From NCBI GenBank assembly GCA_001662655.1, contig KV460232.1: a DNA stretch of 64,000 nucleotides. The stretch is one strand, 5' to 3'. Below the pieces are notes generated by a model. It worked only from the letters and a program-made list of their open reading frames with translations. It did no database searches and was not told the DNA's origin. The DNA comes from Pseudogymnoascus verrucosus. Taxonomy: Eukaryota. The position numbers and the translations under genes are program-made. This document shows, piece by piece, positions 59,525 to 64,000 of the stretch (within the stretch, counting starts at the first letter, position 1; the number at the start of each line of letters is the position of its first letter).

Positions 59525-61397
59525 TCAGTCTAAGCCAGCACGGCTGAGAAAGTTCTTCTTATAAGTCCAGATCCGGAATGATTTACCTTTAAAATAGAAA
59601 ATAATAGTAGTTAGATAGACAGCGACATTAATTGCAGCAACTGTCATGAACACGACTATTATACCATCAGCAACAAGCCAATCGTTAACCACCCACGTCC
59701 AAATCCATGCAATGAGCGACTTAAGGCAGGAGATTGTGACCATGAGCTCGCCAGAGAGCTTAATAATGGTCAGCCATCAATCCAATTACGGCGATAGATA
59801 TTCAGAAACATACCTCCTTGTGAGAATCAAGTGAATATGACATTGCTAAAGTAGCACCCATCTGAGCCCCAGCAGATAGTACGCCCAAGCCCACAATTGG
59901 ACCAGCCCAATGTGTCTTCGCCTGATACGTAAGTGAAGCCATAAGAGCGCCCAAGAACGTGAGCACTGCAGCAATCACACAGGCTGGAAGTCGCATCTCA
60001 GGCTCTCGAATACCGTGGTTTCTCTTCGTGGCCCAGGTTGCAATGCGATCGGCAAGCGGACCGCATAAGTAAGTCCCTGCCAGCGATCCAATGAACGGGG
60101 ACAGAAACACAAGACCTTGCGCGCCGGATTTAAAATTATACGGTCTGTCGGAATCTTGGTTCAGAATGGTAGACAAGTGATAGGAGTGGCGAGGTGGAAC
60201 TTACGGAGGAGCAAAGAGTTGTGCTACGCTAACTCCTAGGATGACGTTCCATCCAAGGGCCAGACCGTAAATCACACTTGACCACAGGACAATTGGATAG
60301 GCTGTGAGAATAAACGGACGCAGGAATGCGCGTTTCAAACTAACAAGATGATCGACTTCGGAGTAGAATGCAAGACTTTCCCAGTATGACTTTTTCGTAA
60401 TACTGTGCGAGGTGTCAGGTGAGCAGCCATCAATCACTTCACAGTGCTCTGACTGTGCCTTGTCAGATGGGATAGTTGTTGTCTCGTCATTATCAACGAT
60501 GGTAATGGCAGGTCTAGGGCCCGTGAATTTTGTTTCTGGCATGAAGAAAATTAAAGTTATCATGTTGACACCAATGCATGCTGCGATAATGAAGAAGGCC
60601 CATCGCACGCTAAGGGCCTGGATGATGTACGCAGATACGAGGGGGCCAATCTCATTGCCGCCCAAGACACCGAGACCGTAGATGGAGATTTTTTCTCCAC
60701 GTTCGTGAAGGTGGAAGATGTCGGTAACTGTACTTGGGACGATGGCTTCGATAGGGGCCTGAAAAAGGCCGAGGAAGGCTCGCCCAACGATGAAGGGTAC
60801 GTATGATTTCTCGGCTGTAATAGCAAGCCAGATACAAGCAATTCCCATTAAAAGATTGGACGTCAAGTACACCGGCCGTCGCCCATACTTAATTGCCAGC
60901 GGCCTAAGACCAATTAGAAGGATGAATAGCAATTTATGAGTAGATGAGATGTACATACATCCAAAAGAGGTTGCCAAATCCTTGGCAGATCAAAGTTGCT
61001 CCGTTGGCATAAGACACCATAGCAAGTGACACATCAAAGAAAGATGCAAGTTGAAGCATTCCTTCGAACATTAGCAGGCACTATTATGTCTAGATAATTT
61101 CAAGATGCCTACCTCCAGCCATCATTGGCCCAGTCACAGCACCATTAAATGCATAGGCGACACCATTTAGGAGAACTGTCCATTTCTTGAAAGAAGACCA
61201 ACGGAGAGGATCATTTGGGTCAATGAGAGATGGCTGTGAACCAGGAGAATATGGTCATGACCAACAGTCGCATGTTGAAGGTTGCGTAGGCGTCTCTCTG
61301 TTGTCCCAGGGGCACCCTCATCCATCATAATCTCTGTGCCAGGAGCAGCTACAAAGATCTTCTCGATGAAGCCGCTGGACTGAATTCGTTCTGCCAT
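59525..61397 (-). pseudogene. MFS transporter (HOL1/DHA1-like) with a 1-nt deletion in exon 1
   Basis: KYGRRPVY, DIFHLHERG, MPETKF, EPEMRLP. Exon 1 reads GTT CA CAG CCA where VPQP..DPNDPLRW is expected (61237-61238). Confidence 0.78.
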
Positions 61398-61752
61398 TTT
61401 GTGGCATATACTGGGCGACTGGATATATGCTTCGCAAAGACAGAGGTGTATTTAGGTTTCTTAATTAAAGTCGTAAAAGCCCTAAATACATCTGAGTAAC
61501 AGGTTGCAGCGCCATCGACTCTTAATCTGGATCTGGAAGTTATATGAAGGACGTTAAGATGTTAGGTAATATCTAGGGTGTGCCAGTCACCCCACGATGG
61601 GTCACCCGTAAAGCCAATATTAGAACTGCTATGTGGGGTTTCCCCACATCCCCACACACGTTACTTTCAAGGCGTCGCATGATGAACCTCACCATTACGA
61701 GCTGCCGTACCCTACCGCCCCACGATTCTGTCAATTGTTCCGAGACCTGTGT

Positions 61753-64000
61753 CTAGACCCGTGAATAGGAACTTTCGTTGACGATCGAGATCCACTGGTG
61801 TAGAATAGCATCCATCTCATGAGATACACCCCAGCGTAAGGATATCGATCCTAGCATAATTTGGAGTGAATTTAGTTCGTACGTCAAATTTCGCATTAAA
61901 GACTTTCCCGAGCTCGTAACGTATCTGCCTTGCATGAATTCATTTGTGTCGTTATTAGGTGTTGGAATGTTGTCGAAATTGGTCTCATTTTGAGATTCCA
62001 CTCCCCATGCGTCTTCCCACCGGATAGTTGCTGGTACAGCAACGGAAGCTTTGTCTGCCATACACCGTGCACTGTATATAGACGCCACTGCAAATATAGC
62101 AGCAGGTAGGTGAATAGTGTGCGACCGACCAAGCGGCAACCTATCCACGAGATCTTGGATTGCCATTGAGTGCAAAAGAGCTCGGCGTCCCTCGTCACTT
62201 TGAGCCCAGACGACAAGATCAGATTCGTGGCCGGTGTAATCTGCTCCGCTGTAAAGCTGCTGCGGGATATTGTAGGTGGCACAAATCCATCTACAGAGCT
62301 GTGTTGTTGGAGTGGCTAGATTAAGGCAGATGCTGTGCCACCTGATAAGCAATTCCATGCTTTCAGCCGCTGCAGGATTAAGGAAGCGTAGGCTCAGGTT
62401 GTAGAGAGATATGAGAGCCTGGGCGATACTAATCTTCGACGGTGTTCCAACAGCAGGGCCCTTTAGTTGCTGCACATCTGAAATCAGAGATTGGAATCCC
62501 TCTAGTACCACTCGGACGGAGAAATTGGACATCGGTTGATTAAGGCACAGAAGATTGGGGGAGAACATGTCCACAAATATCATTTGGAATGATCGCTGCG
62601 GGGTTGCCTGCTTCTGAACTTCCACAATCCATTCATCCGCAGTCGTTGCAGCGAAAGCCTGATCGGATGCGGGCGTCAGAAGAGGGTTTGTGACATGGCG
62701 TACGCATGTTGCGTGCCCAGAGAACTGTGAAATCTGCCCGTCGAGAATGTAGTGGCCAAGAATTGCCCTTTTATGAACCTCAAGGGCAGCCCAGATCTTC
62801 CATTGCTCGTTTTTTTCATCTTCTGGTGTATCGAAGGTTGGCAAATGGAAAGAACCTTCATTAATTTGATACATCCCACATTGTCTTGCCCAATAGAATC
62901 CCAGTCCGTGAAAGACTTGACACGTCATTCGTAAACTTTCGTTCTTTGATAATAGCGCATATGTCTGTCCAAGCAGTGCTGTTAAGATAAGCTGTACCCC
63001 ATTACATTGGTCTCTCGGACCCCTGGTAGCCATAAGAGCTTGCCATGAAGTTGCAACGGACATGTGAGCCAGCCTCCACAAAGCCTCGCCCTTAGTTACA
63101 GCGTCCTCTGCTGCTACAAACAGCGACCCAAGCGAAATAATGTTCAACAGGAGAGGGTGACTCGTCTCTCGTGCTAGAAAAGTAGGCTTGTGCAGCACAG
63201 GAAATGACGGCATGAATTTGTCGAAGAAGACATAGATACATGTGTCCAAAAACGCAGATGTAATGCCCTTAGAAGCAATCTCAGCAGTTAAACTAGAAGA
63301 CAGATTTCCAATCAGTCTGCTCATCTGTTGCATAGCCTGCTGCCCAGGACTGTCGAAAGCGTCGATTTGTTCGTTTGCGGGAGGCAGGACTTCTGAACTG
63401 TCCATCCTTAGAGCAGCGGATGGCTGAAACTGCATTACAGGCAATGTGATAGGCCAGTTGCTGTTGAAGTCTGACATCAAAATTTCAAGCAACTCGCCAG
63501 ATTCGGCCCACGATTGCATCGTTTCTGGTCCTGCCGGTATGGAGCTATGACTTGTGTCTGTATGGAGCTCCGGAAGACATGAGGGTTTGCGGCTAGTTAC
63601 TTCAGCCATGGGCTCCTCAAGCCGCGTGTTCTCTTCAGCTACTGAGGCTGGCGGGGTTGCCGAGGATTCTGCCAAAACACGTGCCTTTCCATTCTCGTGT
63701 AGTTTAGCATGTCTTCGCAATACGTCCTGCCGGCCAAAGCTCTTATTGCACCGTAGGCAAGAGAATGGTTTCCGGTTAAGGTCTTTTAAAATCAGCTTAG
63801 TGTAACAAAATCAGAAGGATTGTACAAACGGCTCCTTTCATGTCTCTAAAAGTATGTCAGCAAAACAACTAGACAACCAAGGCTTAATAACTTACTGCAA
63901 GGTGCTCGGCTTTAGTAAAGTTTCTACAGCAGGTAGTGCACCGAAACCTTCCGCTGAGATCATTTTCTGTATGATTGTCGTCATTGCCTGGAGAAGTAAT
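61753..64000 (-). CDS. Two-finger C2H2 transcription factor with fungal-specific TF domain (5' end beyond the window)
   Basis: Spliced FRCTTCCRNFTKAEHLA/RHERSH/LNRKPFSCLRCNKSFGRQDVLRRHAKLH; FFDKFMPSFPVLHKPTF. Confidence 0.9.

Overview
Eukaryotic DNA from a filamentous ascomycete, with short GT-AG introns, CTAAC/CTGAC branch sites and RIP-type relics. My impression is Leotiomycete/Pseudogymnoascus-like, but I cannot verify this from the window. Housekeeping blocks (FSH1-like hydrolase, RPN5, DUF3433, MFS pump, Arb2, MRP2, SDR, GNAT, POP7, RAV2, thioredoxin, SPOUT methyltransferase) alternate with three accessory-looking islands. (1) ~6-11.6 kb: an intronless P-loop/HAD/UPRTase fusion and an orphan ORF behind a 28-bp tandem array. 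(2) ~15-33 kb: an Aspergillus-type nitrate cluster (niaD<- ->niiA ->nrtA, with nrtA broken by an internal deletion), a GST, a DUF3435-like C-terminal relic, a ferric-reductase pseudogene, a RIP-mutated Fot1/pogo end and a frameshifted CE12 esterase. It also holds an intact, spliced, secreted 133-aa animal-type cystatin that the ORF track shows only in part. (3) ~53-64 kb: an HNH protein and a four-gene cluster (FAD monooxygenase, PhlG-like DAPG hydrolase, frameshifted MFS, C2H2 transcription factor) sharing a CCCCAC promoter motif. Top candidates: the fungal cystatin in a decayed Starship-like context and the PhlG catabolic cluster. Family calls come from motif recognition by eye; no searches were run.
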